64,000 nt of DNA, taken from the NCBI GenBank assembly GCA_964234715.1, contig OZ174278.1, one strand, 5' to 3'. Positions 45,985 through 60,849 of this stretch are shown here, in pieces; position 1 is the stretch's first letter, and every line of letters begins with the position of its first letter. Source of the DNA: Podarcis melisellensis (lineage: Eukaryota). Both the position numbers and the translations under genes were made by a program. The notes beneath the pieces were generated by a model, which saw only the letters and a list, made by a program, of their open reading frames with translations, made no database searches and was not told the DNA's origin.

Positions 45985-46548
45985 TATTTATACCCCGCCC
46001 TCCACAGCCAAGACTGGGCTCAGGGTGGCTAACACCAAATATAAAAACAATTGATTGAAATACTGCTTAAAAACAAGATTAAAATACAACATTGAAACAC
46101 TAAAATGCAGCCTCATTTCAATGGAAACTCAATCAAAAACTTTTTTGGGGATGAAAGCGTCAAGTATTCACCGAGGCTAACTATCCAGACTGGTCCTACA
46201 TGGGCCAGAAAAAAGCCAGGGAAGTCCCCAAATAGGAGTTCCAACCCAGAAGGAGAAAGGAAAAAAGAAAGAGGGGGAGGGAATCAAACTGATTCTAAGC
46301 CAAAGGCCAGGCGGAACAACTCTGTCTTATAGGTCCTGCAGAAAGAAATCAGATCCTGCAGGGCCCTGGTCTCAGGAGACAGAGCGTTCCACCAGGCTGG
46401 AGCCAGTGTTGAAAAGGCCCTGGCTCTGGTTGAGGCCTTTAACTTCCTTAGGGCCCGGGACCTCTAGGGTGTTGCTATATATGGACCTTAAGGTCCTCCG
46501 TGGGGCATATCGGGAGAGGCGGTCCTGTAGGTACAAGGGTCCTAGGCT
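45949..46548 (-). mobile_element. L2 (CR1/L2 clade) LINE 3' fragment with (AAT)n tail
   Basis: (TAA)n followed by TTATTTATACCCCGCCC...CTCAGGGTGGCTAACA, and body motifs GAGCGTTCCACCAGG / GAAAAGGCCCTG typical of squamate L2 3' ends. Confidence 0.75.
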
Positions 46549-46588
46549 ACTGTATTACCGTATTAGCAGATACTGTATCACTGTAAGC

Positions 46589-46724
46589 CAGTGATGGCCA
46601 AACTTGGCCCTCCAGCTGTTTTGGGACTTCAATTCCCATCATCCCTGACCACTGGTCCTGTTAGCTAGGGATGATGGGAGTTGTAGTCCCAAAACAGCTA
46701 GAAGGCTAAGTTTGGCCATCACTG
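46589..46724. mobile_element. URR1-like palindromic hAT MITE (136 bp)
   Basis: Perfect 8-bp TSD CTGTAAGC (46581-88, 46725-32), perfect TIR CAGTGATGGCCAAACTT, and near-palindromic over its whole length. Confidence 0.93.
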
Positions 46725-49700
46725 CTGTAAGCCATTTGAAGTACTGTAATTGGTATAAACATGCTTAAAGATTCACACAACTGTGGGGCAAGACATATCC
46801 CGCTCACAGGAGTACATGTCACTAAAGAGAGCTTCCGTAAAATCAGTGCTTGGCTGTATAGTTTGTGCGGCACCCACAGTAATTTAGCCAGTTTGCAATT
46901 GCACCCACAGGTCGAAAAAAAGTTGGTGACTCCTGCTTATCCCATAGGCTATCCCGCAAAACAGAATCAATCAAGTTGTGGTACCTGCTGAAGTCCAGGA
47001 GCTCATCACCATAAGGCCCTCCCCCAGCCCCCACACAAATAGTCTCATGCAGAAACTGAGCATCAGTTGACAGTCACATAATAGTAAACTGGCCTTATTC
47101 TCTGATTTTCTATGCTACTATGTCACCAACAATGGTAATTGGTCACAAAAATGGTAAAACTTGAAAGCCTTGTTATCACCTCATTCCACTTGCCAGAGCT
47201 AGGAGAGTCAGCCCATCAATAACCCTGGTGATTCAGAGATGACATCATTGCTTTTGCTTTGAAACAAGGCCTCCTTCATTCTCTCTAGTGCACATCTGAC
47301 TTCAGGCAAAGATCAAAAACACCACAGCACATTATTTCATATACATAGTAAGCCCACACATAGCACTGAGGAAGGATAGCTAGGCTACCTGCCATACAAA
47401 TAATTATTTCTTGAATTCTAATATGAATAATGTGCAAATGAATAATTTCAAGCACAGCCCATCCATCATCGCCCCTATTCCCCTTCCCCAAGGGAGGGAG
47501 ATCGTACCACTTTAAGCCTGTAAACCCAGTTTCATTCCAGTAGCACGATGAATTTGCAACTCAGACAACTATCTAAAATCTGTGATTGATCATCTGGTGA
47601 ACTCTTTAAAAATAAAACACTTGTTTGCTAATTAACTACAGCAAGGTCTACAGTCGGTGACATGCTCGACAGTGCTCTTCAATTAGGCAAAAAAAGCTTT
47701 TTCCCAACATGAAGCAGAACTCAGTAGGAAGCCTGGTCCTGAAGTAAACAAAATAAATGAAGAATAGGAGGGGAAGGGAAGAAGAAGCCCAAACTAAAAC
47801 CAACAGAGTTAATTTATCCCTTCTTTTGCCATATTCTGCTTCAGTCCCAAAGGATGCCTACATCACAGACTTAAATTGCTTCAACAGTCATGCAGTCCCC
47901 TCCCAAGGGAACCCCTGGGAATTTAAAGTCATGGGCAGAGAATATGGGCTCTCTAAAAGAGAACGTTCAACATCCTTACCTGACAACATCAGTCCAGGTA
48001 TCTTTGGGGGGGAAACTGTGACTGTTAAGATTGGATGTTTAACCCTCTGTTGATACAAATTTGACTGGGTCAATTTGGTATCAGGATCAAACTTCCCCCC
48101 AAAAAGCCATGCAAATAAAATACCCAGTGGAGGTTATTAAGCAAGACACCATTTGAATGTTTAAAAAAAGCCTTCAATAGAACTTTCCTTTTCCATTAAA
48201 ACAACATACTTGCACATAAGTCATTGAGGTTAATATCCCACAGTGTACAGTTACAAAAACAGGCAAGAATATGATATGGCGTCTAACTGACCTCATCATT
48301 TTTTATCATAAAAATGTGTCCTTAACATATACATATCATAACTATAATACTTGGACAAGCATAACAGTGGAATAATAATGAGCTGTGAAATACTTGCAGC
48401 AACAACAAATTCCCCCAGACCTCAGTATAGAATGAACCTGGGGGTTGGAGAATAAGGATTCTCATCAAACATGCTCATCAAACTTCTGTACAGGACCTAT
48501 GCTAAAATGTCTTCTTCATTATTATGTCACATATTTTCTGCTTTTATACTGCCAACACTCCAGTGATCCTCAGATGAAGGGTGGTATATAAATTTAATAA
48601 ATTAAAATAAGTAAACACTTTGAATTTGTGGGAAAATGTGGGCAGGTCCAACAGATGCAATACTGCTATGCTCCATGCATTCATTTTATGATACATTTCT
48701 CAACAGGGTTACGGTTTGACTCTGCTGGTTATGAAGTTGTCAGTAGTGTACAGTAATGGTTAATGGCTATGCTTGAATAGGCACAACATGAATGCAAATG
48801 ACTAATGATGGAAGTACGCAAGCAAAGCTTCACACAGGAGTCTGTAATCTACACCATATATAAATCTGAAGAAACTGGCCAGGTGTACCCTGGTTTGTGC
48901 TATGTGAAGAAGCTTTGGTGAGCCTTAGGCTTGTGTATTCAAGCGTTTGTTTCCAACTTTAAACTAACCAGTTACCCACAAAACCCAAACGCCATGAACT
49001 GCATTTGTTTAACCAGCGGTTTAAGGAAGAGCTCAAATCTGGAACCACATTTTGATCCTGGTTTGTTCTCAATAACCACAGGTTAAATAAACCACAGCTC
49101 CCCACATTTGGATCTCACAGAACTGTGGGTATTTAAAATCAGAAGCTAGAACATCTATTTTCATGTGAGAAAATAGTTTATGGTTGTATCCCTGGACCAT
49201 TGCAAAATATTATGCTATTACACTACTCTGCATTCACTCAATTTCAGCGCTATGTGGATCAACAAAATCAGGCAAAAATACAAAATATTTTCAACTCCAG
49301 AAGAACAGGGGGTGGGGGGAATCCAGACCCTGCAGTATCTTTGGCATTGGTTTGCCACACAACAGTTCCGCCAGTTTGCAAAATTTACAAACATGGCAGA
49401 ACACTCATTACCTTAGAGAAACTCTGCTTTGCAATTAGTGTAAATAACATCCGGACAAAATGGGCTTCCACACAGCTTCCAAGAGAAAAAGGCTTGGAGG
49501 AAAGATTTGGAGAGATTTGCTATGGCAGTAGGAGAAGAAGGTCAAATCATCTGGCTACTTTCCACACACTCCTTCCCTGTTCATACCATACACTGCCCAG
49601 AATTTGGACTGCAGGAGAAAAGAAACAGATTGTTTCCTGCTTTCCTCCGTTAGTGCCCATTCTCCATTCCTCACCGAGCCTTCCGACTTTGCTCTATTTC

Positions 49701-49968
49701 TGATGTCAGGTTTTGTCAAATTATCAGTGAAGTTCAAGAAAATTATCTGGATCCAGAACTTGTCTCATGCTTGGGTTGTTGACACTGATGGAAAGTATAT
49801 ATGATTGCATGCCACATTTTTTGTTGATTTTGTTGGTCCAATACTAACCTTGAAAAAAGTATTTGAATTTTGACAAGGAACTCGGATTGTAAATACTCTT
49901 GATTTCAACAGACACACACAATATTTCCTGTGGAGAATTCCAAAGTGGGTTTCTCATTAAGGAATATA

Positions 49969-50209
49969 CAGTGGTACCTTGGTTTAAAAACAGCTTAGTT
50001 TATGAACAACTTGGATTAAGAACTCTACAAACCTAGAAGTAGGTGTTTTGGTTTGTGAATTTTGCCTTGGAAGCAGAACATATTCTGCTTCCTGTTGAGT
50101 GTAAATTGAGTCCTCCGCTGCTATGGGAAAGCACACCTTGGTTTAAGAACGCTTTGGTTTAAGAACAGACTTCTGGAACAGATTAAGTTCGTAAACCAAG
50201 GTACCACTG
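49969..50209. mobile_element. pogo/Tigger-type MITE, related family (241 bp)
   Basis: TA-CAGTGGTACCTTGGTTTA...TAAACCAAGGTACCACTG-TA. Confidence 0.9.
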
Positions 50210-53200
50210 TATATCAGTGCTAGAAACTAGATTGTACACACCACTGTGTTATTTGCTTCCCAAGAAACTAATCTACTTCTGTATATGCTTGAAAATATCA
50301 TATATAAAAATGCAAGTAAAGTGAAGCCAGTGTTCTCACAATCCTTCTTCATATAATTTAAGGCTCTAGTCCTAAAATATTTAATACTAAGATATTTCTA
50401 CTGAACTCATTGAGATTGAAACTTTTGAGTAGCAAGATTTCCCATGACTGTAGCATTTCAAGTTGCTGGTGTGGAGATGAAGGTGGAGAACACCCCCCAA
50501 TGAAAAATGCTCCATAGAGAAACACACCACGTCAAGGAGAATTGTAGACTAAACCCCTCAGCTTGGCAGGTTAGATTTCTGTGTGCAGGGATTTTTGCAT
50601 AGGAGAGCATTCAAACAACTGCTGTGAATAAATGTCCCTCTATCCTGTTTGTTGGTGGAGAACTAGGGATATTTAAAATAATAAAACAGAGAACAAAAAT
50701 AATTTTTGCCACTTACTATGGAAATGGCAGTGGGGCTGTCCTTGACAGCCGCTGACTGACAGATGACAGCTTTCTCCACAATGCCTCAGACATCAATTTG
50801 TTCATGGATATTTGGGGTGGGAAGGATGCCATTCCACCATTTTTAAAAATTGCAGCTGCTGTTTCCCCTCCCCAGTGGAATACCCCAGACTGACACCCCA
50901 TGGGGAAATGGTGGCTTCCAGCCTGCAAAGAATCCTGGGAACTGTAGTTTGTTAAACCTTGTTAGGAGACCCTTAACCAGCTACAGTTCCCACAATTCTT
51001 CATTTAACCCTCCGATTCATACGAGTGTGGAAACTGGCCCTCAGAACGGAAACTGGTCCGATTTTTGTGGAAGCCAGTGAGGTTACCCCTTGAATAAAAA
51101 TTAATCTGAGCAAATAAGGCTCATGAAGTCAAGACTTGGCATCAATCGGCCTTAAGCACATTAAGATGAACATTAGGAAATAACACTGAGCTAAACTTAG
51201 ACAGAAAAAGGGGCAAGCCAATGCAGAGAGCAATTTAATTTTCACATCTCACAACAGGAGGACTTTGGCTTCTTGCTGCTTCCATGTTTAATTGGCCATT
51301 TTTTATGTAGTGAATGAAAGCCAGCCAATTTTCTCCTGAGAAGCTGTACTATAATCTTGACTCAGTAAGAGCTATATGCTTCTTATTTGTCTATAGCACC
51401 ATGGGGAATGAGATGAAACATCAGAACAAGGATTTCTTTTTTCTTTCTAATCTGCAAAATTAACTGTTCAACTCAAAAGGGGGCATTTATATACCATCAA
51501 TTTAGTTTTGAACCAGAGCAAACAGACTTCTCAAGGAAGAAAAGGGACCAAGGGGAATGTAGAATGGTACCTGAATTAATTCCGGGAAGCTTCCTCTAAT
51601 AGTAGATGAGCTTTCTTTTATGCTAGAGTAGTTTATGAGATTCATTCTTCAGTGAGCATAGGTTTGGCACATTAAAAGGTATCATAGCACTTAACCTCTG
51701 AAAAATGTAAAATATAAAGTTTGATCTTCTTTTTCATTATACTACAACTAAGTGCAGGAATTCCAGAATAATAGTTATGGATTATCTGACTCAGAAGGGA
51801 GCTACACTATCTGAAGAATCATTTAATTGTGCTTTCATAGGACTATACCAGAATGTGGGGTGAGATTAAACTTCTGTACACAGAAAACAATAATGTCAGA
51901 GAGAAACGTTTAGCCTAAATGCATGGTCCCATAGCGTACTTTTCTATGCACATTTTTTAAAATTTTAAATATGGGGCATACATAAAGGCTCCCACTTGAA
52001 ATATGAAATGGTGCAATCCATCAACTGCACTAGAAAAATTTGCTGCTCATGTACTTTGGCTCATTCTACTTTGTGGTCTTCCAATTTCAACCACATGAAG
52101 ATCCAGGACTATCGTTTCAATGAATACACCCAAGAATATGTTTAATTTCATGTGATTATGATAATAAAGACAGCCCATCTGGAATCTCAGAACAAAACTG
52201 TGCTGCCAGATACGTCTAGCGCCACATTTCCAATTCCACCCCCCCCCAAAAAAAATCTTCTGCTTGCAAAAACAGCCTTGGAAGCAATCATCTTGCACTC
52301 ATTAATCCATAGACATTTGATTTCAAATCAGACTGCCAGCAGACATAACATCTTTGCATTGTTACAATAGAGAATTGATTTGATTAATGAAACAGCTTTG
52401 ATTTTTCTCTCTAATCGCTGTCCTCGGCAATGCCATGCAAACACCACTGATGCAATTTCCGACACTAGCGTGCTCATCTCCCTTGCTTTGCTAAATTTCC
52501 CCCTTTGAAAACATCAATTTTATATCTTATTCAATTAATTATTCTGCACCGCATGGCATGCACAAACTCTGCATATATTTTAATATAAATCTGTGTTGTG
52601 TTCATGACTCTGAAATGGGCTGTCTGATGAGACATTCCTTTAGTCTCCTACCCTGTGTGAAAAATAAAGACAAAAATAGTTGCAGCCCCTTTTTGGAAGC
52701 CTGTTGAGATGGATAAGTAGTATGGGGGAAACACTCAAATGCTTCAGAAGCCTCAGGAAGTGACCCTATGCTTTAAAAATATGAGCGTTCTGTTGCCAGC
52801 TAATCACAACACTAATGGCTGTGATACACAACAAGTTAAGCACTTTTAATGCCAATTGGTTTTATGCGCGTAACTCTCCAGTTGGAAACAATTAGAATAC
52901 AGTCTACTCAGAAGTAAGCAATCCAATCTTGAAGTCTCCAGTGCCTGATCTACTGTGATCAAACTCTCCCAGTCTATCAATGGCCATAGCTGTTGCACCA
53001 GTTGCATCTGGTAACAGGTGCTTCTAGCCACTGAGGCAAAGGAACCCCAAACTGGGTGCCTACTCCTTCAGGGAGAGGCAGCTCTGGGCAGGACGGGCAA
53101 CTCACCAGGAACCACTCAGTCACAGCGTCTGTATCTTGTCAGGATTCAGACACCGGGCAGGACCACTTATTCAGAAAAGCCAGCTCAGTTTGTACTATTG

Positions 53201-56200
53201 TCTTTCTGCTTCCTCTTATTAAAGGAGTGCTCCGTGATGAGCATTCACAATAATTCTCATATTCAGTGGCAACAGGTGTTAAATATAGCCATGCCAACGC
53301 CATCTATATTGTACTGCATTGTGCTTGTGGCAGTGAAGCCTCTACAGAGGCAGATATAGGGCAGCATGAGCAGCCCTCTCCCCAGGGGCTAAGGGGGTGT
53401 CTTTCCACCTCCTTCCCAAGGCCTAGTAAGTGCTGGGCTTTGGGAAGGAAGTGTGAGGGCTGTGACAGGGTCATGGAGTCCTCCTGTCTCCTTCCCAAAG
53501 CCTAGTTAGTTCTTTCCCATGTTCAGAAAGGAGACAGGAGGGCTCTAGGACACTGCCAGAGCCTCACGCCTCCTTCCCAAAGCCCAGCACTTACTAGCAT
53601 ACATTTCTGTGCCATAGCAGAGTTGTGACTAGACTGTGCTACCCATAGATAGATAATTTGCTATGTTCTCCACTAAGATAACAAACACATGTTTTAAGAA
53701 TCAGCGAGGAAAGATTCTTGGTGACTCTCAAGACTCTCACTATAATTCAAATTAAGGATGAAATTATGAATTGTTTTCTCTTTCATTTTTCATACAATCT
53801 ATTGCTTTCCATGATTTATGGACCTACCTAAACACAGAAATTCTGCTCTATTGCATCGGCTATTCCATTTTAAAAACAAAACATTGCACTTGTTGACTGT
53901 ATATTTTGCACTAATTTTGGATCTGTTTCCAATCATTTCGTGTTCAAGCAACCAGTAATAATTTATTACCTAACCAGAATAAAAACCAAAGCATGTATCA
54001 GATTACTGCTATGTGGTTTGCAATCAATATGCATTAACTAAGAAGCACTATTAGCTTTTGGATTGCTTATTTGTTTTCAGTCTGAATAGATTTTGCTTTA
54101 TCTTCTCTCTCTTAGTTTCATGGCATTTTGAGCCATAGTGTGTGCCCAATGATAACTGCTACTACAAAACAGTTAGAGGCATCTGCTCATACATTGCCAT
54201 GGATGTACATGATTCATCACCAATCTGCATGTGAAAGAGAAAGTGCAAAGAGACACACATTTCTGTTAAAATTCAAGAGTTACTTCTTCCCCCACCTTCC
54301 ATGGCACAGACCCTTTGCCGAATATATGAGCGGCAAGGGACAGAAGTAGACAGATTTGGCCATCACACAGTATATGAAAAGTCCCCCAAGCACCCTATTA
54401 AGACAATATGAAAATGGTGGTTCAGACACGGGTATACACAATTATTCCAGATTTTTGTACACCAGTTGTTTGCTATAGGGCCAGGGCATTGTTGTGAACT
54501 ATCAGTACTAATCTGATAAAAGGCAACACAACTTTCACCTTGTTCACTATGGGTTCAAACCTGAGTTAAGTTACATTGGGGGCGGGGAGAAGACTTTTAC
54601 ATCCTATTCTTTGGATCTTCTTCAATCTAAGATCTAGGTTGTCTTCTGTGCTCTACGGTCAACCTTGGGAGGCAAACCTTGAGCATCCACTCACAAGGTA
54701 TAATAATGTTGTTGTGGCATGTGTATATAGGAGCGTTCCTATTTTCATGTGCACGTTTTTTTGAGAGAATGCTTCTGTATTTAGGTCAATGCCAAGTCAC
54801 TGAGTGCATGAAGACAAAGGAGGAAGTGTGTCTACTTAGCACCTTTCTTTACCTCCACATAGGGTTAATCTGGCCTTATGCAGAGCCTGTGCATGTATAA
54901 ACTAAATGCATTGAGTTTCTCTACACACAGCCCTCTGCCTCATGACCTGAAGAGGCAAATCAGTGGCAGGCATGTGACGTGTGTACCACAGAGATGCTGA
55001 TATCCATTGCCACCATATACATTAACTTGGTGTTTTTTTATAACCCACTGTTTGGAACTAAAGGTCTTCAAAGAAGCTTACAGCTTTAAACTTGTAAATA
55101 ATGAAGCTGTTATTTATTTGCATATTTATTCACAACATTTCTATACTGTCCATTCACAATGTATAAAAATAAAGCATAGGCAGAACACCTTAAAACTGCG
55201 TCAGAATAAAATCAGCAACAGAAAACAACAGCGCAAATGTACCTTAAAAGCACTAGGACCAAAACTAGTAAGATCAGCAAAATTCAGTATGAAGAGTTGC
55301 AATTGATAGACTCAATCCAACAAACATATTAAAAAACAAAAAATCCTACCAGGAATAATATACCACTCATCATTCAGGGCTTCAAATCCTTTCTATAAAA
55401 AAAATAATAATGTATGAGCCAGCCATACAAACATAATTAGAGACATTGCTTGGCAGTCTTTAATTGTGAATACAAAGGTGTAAATGGTCCCCACATGACG
55501 CTTTTCCATTCTGTGCTTCAACTCTCCAGGTTGGTTGAAGAATCCATTGCTGACACATGTTGCACATTACAGATGGAAAAGCCACTGCTGCCATCCAGAC
55601 TTCATGGGCAAGACCTCTCTGTTGGCATAAAGTCTCCAACTCCAGCTCAGCCAAAGATAGGTTGGCATAAGCTGGCATACTTTGCTCATCCTGAGACCAG
55701 TGAAAGTCCTCTAAAAGGTGCATGGTGGGCATGGGGAGATCCAAAGCACATTCAACTCAGCCGTGTGACTACGATCCAGCACAAAACATTATTTTAAAGA
55801 CTTGTTTTCCATCTTCCAGGCTTAGGCAGAGCAGCAGCCTGCCCTATCACCTCTGCTGCTGGAGAAGGAACAGCACTGGCATCAATACTGACTTCAGGTG
55901 AGAATGTGCCGATTTCTGACAAGATGTTGCCGAAATCGTGCAAGTTCATGCAGAGCACATGAGATTTACCAGAAAATTGCACAAAGTTGCAAAAAATTGG
56001 CACGGATACAGGTGCTACTCCTCTGCCGGAATCGATGGAGCAGGTGGGGTAGGCAACTGTCGCAAGGCACTTTCCCATTTCACCTCAAGTGGCATAATGG
56101 GATTCACAGCCCCTGTATAGCTGGCTTCTGCAACACTTCTGGTTCCATAGACTTACTCCTGGTGAGAGTTAAGAATGTAGTGTGTGGGATTCTACAGTGC

Positions 56201-59200
56201 AGAGACTCTTATTTTTATGTGTATCTCTAGGGTCTCTTATTTAGCTCATTTACCTACTATGCAGGATTTTGGTTTTGGTTTTGAAGGCAATGTTGCAAAT
56301 AATGCTTATTGCAGCCTAAGCTTTAAATAACATTGCATGAGTCAAATGAAGTACCATGTAAAAAAAAGGGGGGGGGGAATTGCTGCATTTCCTTTCCAGC
56401 TCAGCTTTTATTTCATGTTCCAGCTGAAGGAGTTTGCTGTTCTTTACAGGATGAGAGTCAGACTCAAAATTGCTTGTCCATAAAATCTCCAGATTATCAA
56501 CTATTACTGTTGTTCTTTCCCTGACATATCCCTTAAAAATCAAGAGAATGTATAGCCTAGGAAAGGAGAGGATCGTTCTGCCTTCAGCTATAGAAAAAAT
56601 CCAATGCATCAGAACATTTATTGTAATCCTCAAGGAGGGACAGTGATATTTAAAAATAAGAAACAAAAACATTCCCCGCAAATTCCTTTAATGTTTGGCA
56701 CCACAACTGCCGTGCTTGAGATCACAGCCTGCACTGAAGCCACAGTGGTCAGCAAAGGAATATAAGAAGCAACCAGCCAGTAAGGGCCAAAGGTCCATCC
56801 AATATTCTGTTTCCAAAGTGACCTCTGGAAAGAACAACATTATTCTGCTTTTCTCTCTGCTTAGGTCCTACTGTTGTAACAGAAAGCATATTGCACTGGC
56901 AACTGCCTTTTGCAGAGTGAGTCCATTGGGCTGTCTAGCTCAATAGTGCTGTCCACAATGATCACAAGTGCTTCTCTGGGGTTTGGGTTGGAAAGGAGTG
57001 TTTCCAAGCCCTATCTGGAGATGCCCAGCTGGATCAAACCTAAGAGCTTTTGTATGCATTGTGCTCCACCACTAACCCTTTCCCCAAACCTGACAAAAAC
57101 AGTGTTTACCATCCTCCAAAATGAACCAGCAAGAAACAAGGACAGGAGCATCAAAGGCCGGGGCAAAATTTGGATGAGGAGAATTTTAAAAACATCCCCA
57201 TTATCCACTATTAAAAAGACCAGGCAAGATGAAACATGAAGGAGTATGCTACTTAACTGCCCTCTTTTGCTGGTTCATATGTTACACTAGAGTAAATGTG
57301 GATCATTTGTGGGTCCGTCACTGTTCTGCAAATAATAGGAGAAGTAGAATTTTCAGTGAATTTTGCTAAAGGACAAATTGGGAACAAACATGGCGGTCCT
57401 GTTCAAGGGTATAATCTGTGGGGGCTTCAAGGAAAATTAAAAGAATGCCGATGAGGATAGGAAAGAACTGGCATATTAAGAGCAAATGGAAGTTGGTCTG
57501 GTGTTCCTATCCCTGACACTCATACATTCCTAATCTCTGTACACAGACTCTACATGTTGTATGTGCAATAGAGGAGCCTGCATTTTACAGGTTACCAGAT
57601 TGTAATCCAAAGTCTAGACACTTCTGAGAGAGATGATGAGTGTTTTTTTTAGGATTGAAGTTGTTGAACTCTTTTTTAGGATTTTACCCCAGTGGATAAA
57701 CTGCCACAGGGGCCAGAATAAACCGACCAGTGGGCCAGATTACACCCCCAAAGCGGACTTTGAACATGCCTGCTTTGGAGGAACACACTTGGAAATACAT
57801 GGCACCGGACAGTGGGGCCACTGTAAATAAAAGGTGGCAACCCTAATAACCCATCCTGCTTTTTATCTTTCACTTTTAACAAATTGTAACCCATCACTTG
57901 TTAAGTTCAGAACAAGGTTTTGTTACTAATGATGAGAGGAATCTTGAAAGTTCTCCACCTCACAAGAGAAGCAGAAGGAGTAGAACATGAGCCCAAGGCT
58001 CATTCCAACTCATTCATGTAACAACAAAACATGGTTTTTGTTATGTCTGAACCTGGGCATTGTCTTCTGTCCTGTTTTTTATCCATATCATTATGATCTC
58101 ATGATTAATAAATAACACATGATCAGCTCTCATGCAGACCCTAAAATATATCTGAGGATTACATGGTAGCAAGTGGATGAGTGCCTTTGGGTCCACCATA
58201 TATGGCAACGAAACAGGGAAGCAAGAGGAAAATCTTAAGACACACACTTGGCAACTGAAGTAGTCTGATTCATCACAGAACTCCGTTACCTCAGCAGTTG
58301 TGCTTCTAGTAGAGGGCATAATTGGAAGCAGCAGCCAACAGTATCAGATATGAGGGGGAAATGACTCCCACTGTGTAAGTACTGACTGCAAATCAGATTT
58401 GCTGTCTTGTAGGCAGTTTTGTTTTTAAAAAGATGTTATAGAGGAGAAGATCCTCGACTGGATGGAGCACCCTTGGCAGATAAAGAGGCAAGCAAATTAG
58501 TTCGGAAAAGGGAAGCAATGTTAAAAATGGCTGTGACAGAGATCAAAAGTGAAGAGAAGGGTATTATAAAAGAAATTATCAAAGAGGTAAAAAGGAAGAT
58601 GAAAGAAAAAGCCTCTTCACAAGGTAGAAAAACAACTAATGTGTCTAACCTGCTTGCTTTTTTCACCATGTTACTGTGGAAATAGCCTTATTATTTGCTC
58701 GCAGTGTGAAACCAATTTTTTTTTTTTTTGGATATTGACACTGAAGCTGAAGTCATTAATTTAAAAAGCCACTTTCTGATGCAGTTTATGTGCTTAAAGG
58801 AGTAACAAAGTCCTTTGGTAGAGCTGAGAATATGACCTGGCTAAACCAGAAAGCTTACAGAATATGGACAAATTCACACCACAGACTTAATATTGGTTTA
58901 TTAATAACCATTTCTCTCAAAAGGTTGGAGTCTCTTGGGATTGAACCTGGAAGCTATGCCCCCCTTAAAAACACAGAGCATAACCAAATTTGGTTGTCTG
59001 TGTCTAGGGAGAAAGATGTTAAATATACAGTCCTTCTCAAAACATTCTGAGTGTAGAAAGTCTAAAGCAAGAGGAAATAATGTTTTTCAGCACAAGGATC
59101 ACATTTCCTTTGGGGCCACAGGCCAGTGTTGGGCAGGGCCAGAGGTGCTCATTGGGTGGAGCAATGATTCTGCTCACGGCAAGCTATATGCAGGTCTCCG

Positions 59201-59940
59201 CTCAGGCAAGCAAGAGACATTATCACAGTGCAGTGACATATTCCAGACAGGCAAAAGCACTCAAAGAGGATGCAGAGGAAGGCTGTGGAGGAGGGCGGCC
59301 TACGGATAGTCAAGGGCCAGACAGTGACAGCTGGAGAGCCGCATCTGCCCTCCACCTGGAGGTTCCTCACCCCTCGTCCAAAATCTGATTAAGATTTAAG
59401 TAAGCTTAATAGCTGAGGATCTGAACTGCAACCTTCCTTCTACAGAACTGTTATAAAGATTACTGAGATAACATAAATGATGGTCTTTGAACAGTCCGAG
59501 GCACTGTATAAATGCTAAGAATTATGATAATCATCGGGGCCTAACAATCTCGCAAGCTGCAGCTGTCACATTTTGAATGTGGGATAATCACAGAACTGGC
59601 ATAATAGGATAATTATTAGGGATTCCAAAGCTGCCTGTCAATAATGCCCTCCCTCCATAAGCTGTTGGTAACCCCCCTGCTGGCTGGCAAGTATTTTATT
59701 TGTTAAAAGCTTTGTGAGTAGGCCACTATTTGAAATGATTAACAGCATCAGTCAGTGTAACTAATCCTTGGTCTTAAGCGCTGATAATTTGCCAGTAAAA
59801 ACTTGCACAAGGTAGGACCACAGAAGGTTGCCAGTGAAGTTCGCATGTTTGAATGCTCCCCAGGTAAAATAGTTCCAGCTGGATTGAAAAGCTAGGCTGT
59901 GCACATGCCAGAATGCTAATGTACACTTAGGTTTGATGTA

Positions 59941-60158
59941 CAGTCATACCTCATGTTGCATCCGCTTCAGGTTACGTGTTTTCGTGTTGCGTCCCGCAGT
60001 ACCGGAATGGGTTACTTCTGGGTTTCACCGCTCACACATGCGCAGAAGCGCTAAATCGTGCCATGCATGTGCGCAGACACAGCGCTTCGGCTTGCGTCAG
60101 TTCCGTGTTATGGATGGGCCTCCGGAACGGATCCCGTCCATAACACGAGGTTCCACTG
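59941..60158. mobile_element. pogo/Tigger-type MITE (218 bp)
   Basis: TA-CAGTCATACCTC...GAGGTTCCACTG-TA with imperfect TIRs and a CpG-rich interior. Confidence 0.8.
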
Positions 60159-60163
60159 TACAT

Positions 60164-60340
60164 AAAGGTAAAGGTAAAGGTACCCCTGCCCATACGGGCC
60201 AGTCTTGACAGACTCTGGGGTTGTGCGTCCATCTCACTTAAGAGGCCAGGGGCCAGCGCTGTCCGGAGACACTTCCGGGTCATGTGGCCAGTGTGACAAA
60301 GCTGCATCTGGCGAGCCAGAGCCGCACACAGAAATGCCGT
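60164..60340 (-). mobile_element. Sauria SINE, 5'-truncated
   Basis: (AAAGGT)3 is the reverse of the (ACCTTT)n tail; the body includes CACTTCCGGGTCATGTGGCCAG, which I recognise from lacertid Sauria SINEs. Confidence 0.8.
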
Positions 60341-60849
60341 GTACATACACAGCTTCAATTTTTCTGTGTGTGCTTTGGTACAAATTTGTCCCCACATAAG
60401 CGCTTCCAATTGAACACTAGCTCAATGTTTCTTGTCCACAACTGTGCACCTGATGGAGTATATTTGCACTGCTTCCTGTCCCCTCAGTTATCACTTCTTT
60501 TCCCCAAATTTCTTGAAACCCAAGGGTCATTGTGGGCATGCAGACAGGTATTTGTTTACATAAGTTTTCCAGTGTATCAGAATTGCACAAAACAGTGGGT
60601 TAAGAAGGTGTGTGTGTGTTGTGCTGTCAGGCATGGAGCACCTCCCACAATGGAAGCAGGGGGTGTAGTGATGGACTACACCCTGCAATGCGTCACCACA
60701 CACATAAAAAACAACAACACTGCCCATCCCCGAGGACATCCAGAGTTGGGTAACAGGCAATTTTGTGTTGGATTTCCCCCTTACTACTTTATTCAGGGAT
60801 CAGAATTTTTTTTTTAACTAAATGGGGGGGGGGGGAATATGATATAAAT

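Noticed and set aside
55829-55907. Plus-strand exon-like segment (TTCCAG...CAG|GTGAGA); similar at 42217-42374
   Set aside because: Splice-like signals only. Translations are unrecognisable and no consistent multi-exon frame emerged.
58419-58685. Lys/Glu-rich helical-looking ORF with possible AG/GT boundaries
   Set aside because: No recognised homology, weak acceptor, and purine-rich composition can produce such frames. A tBLASTn or RNA-seq hit would be needed.
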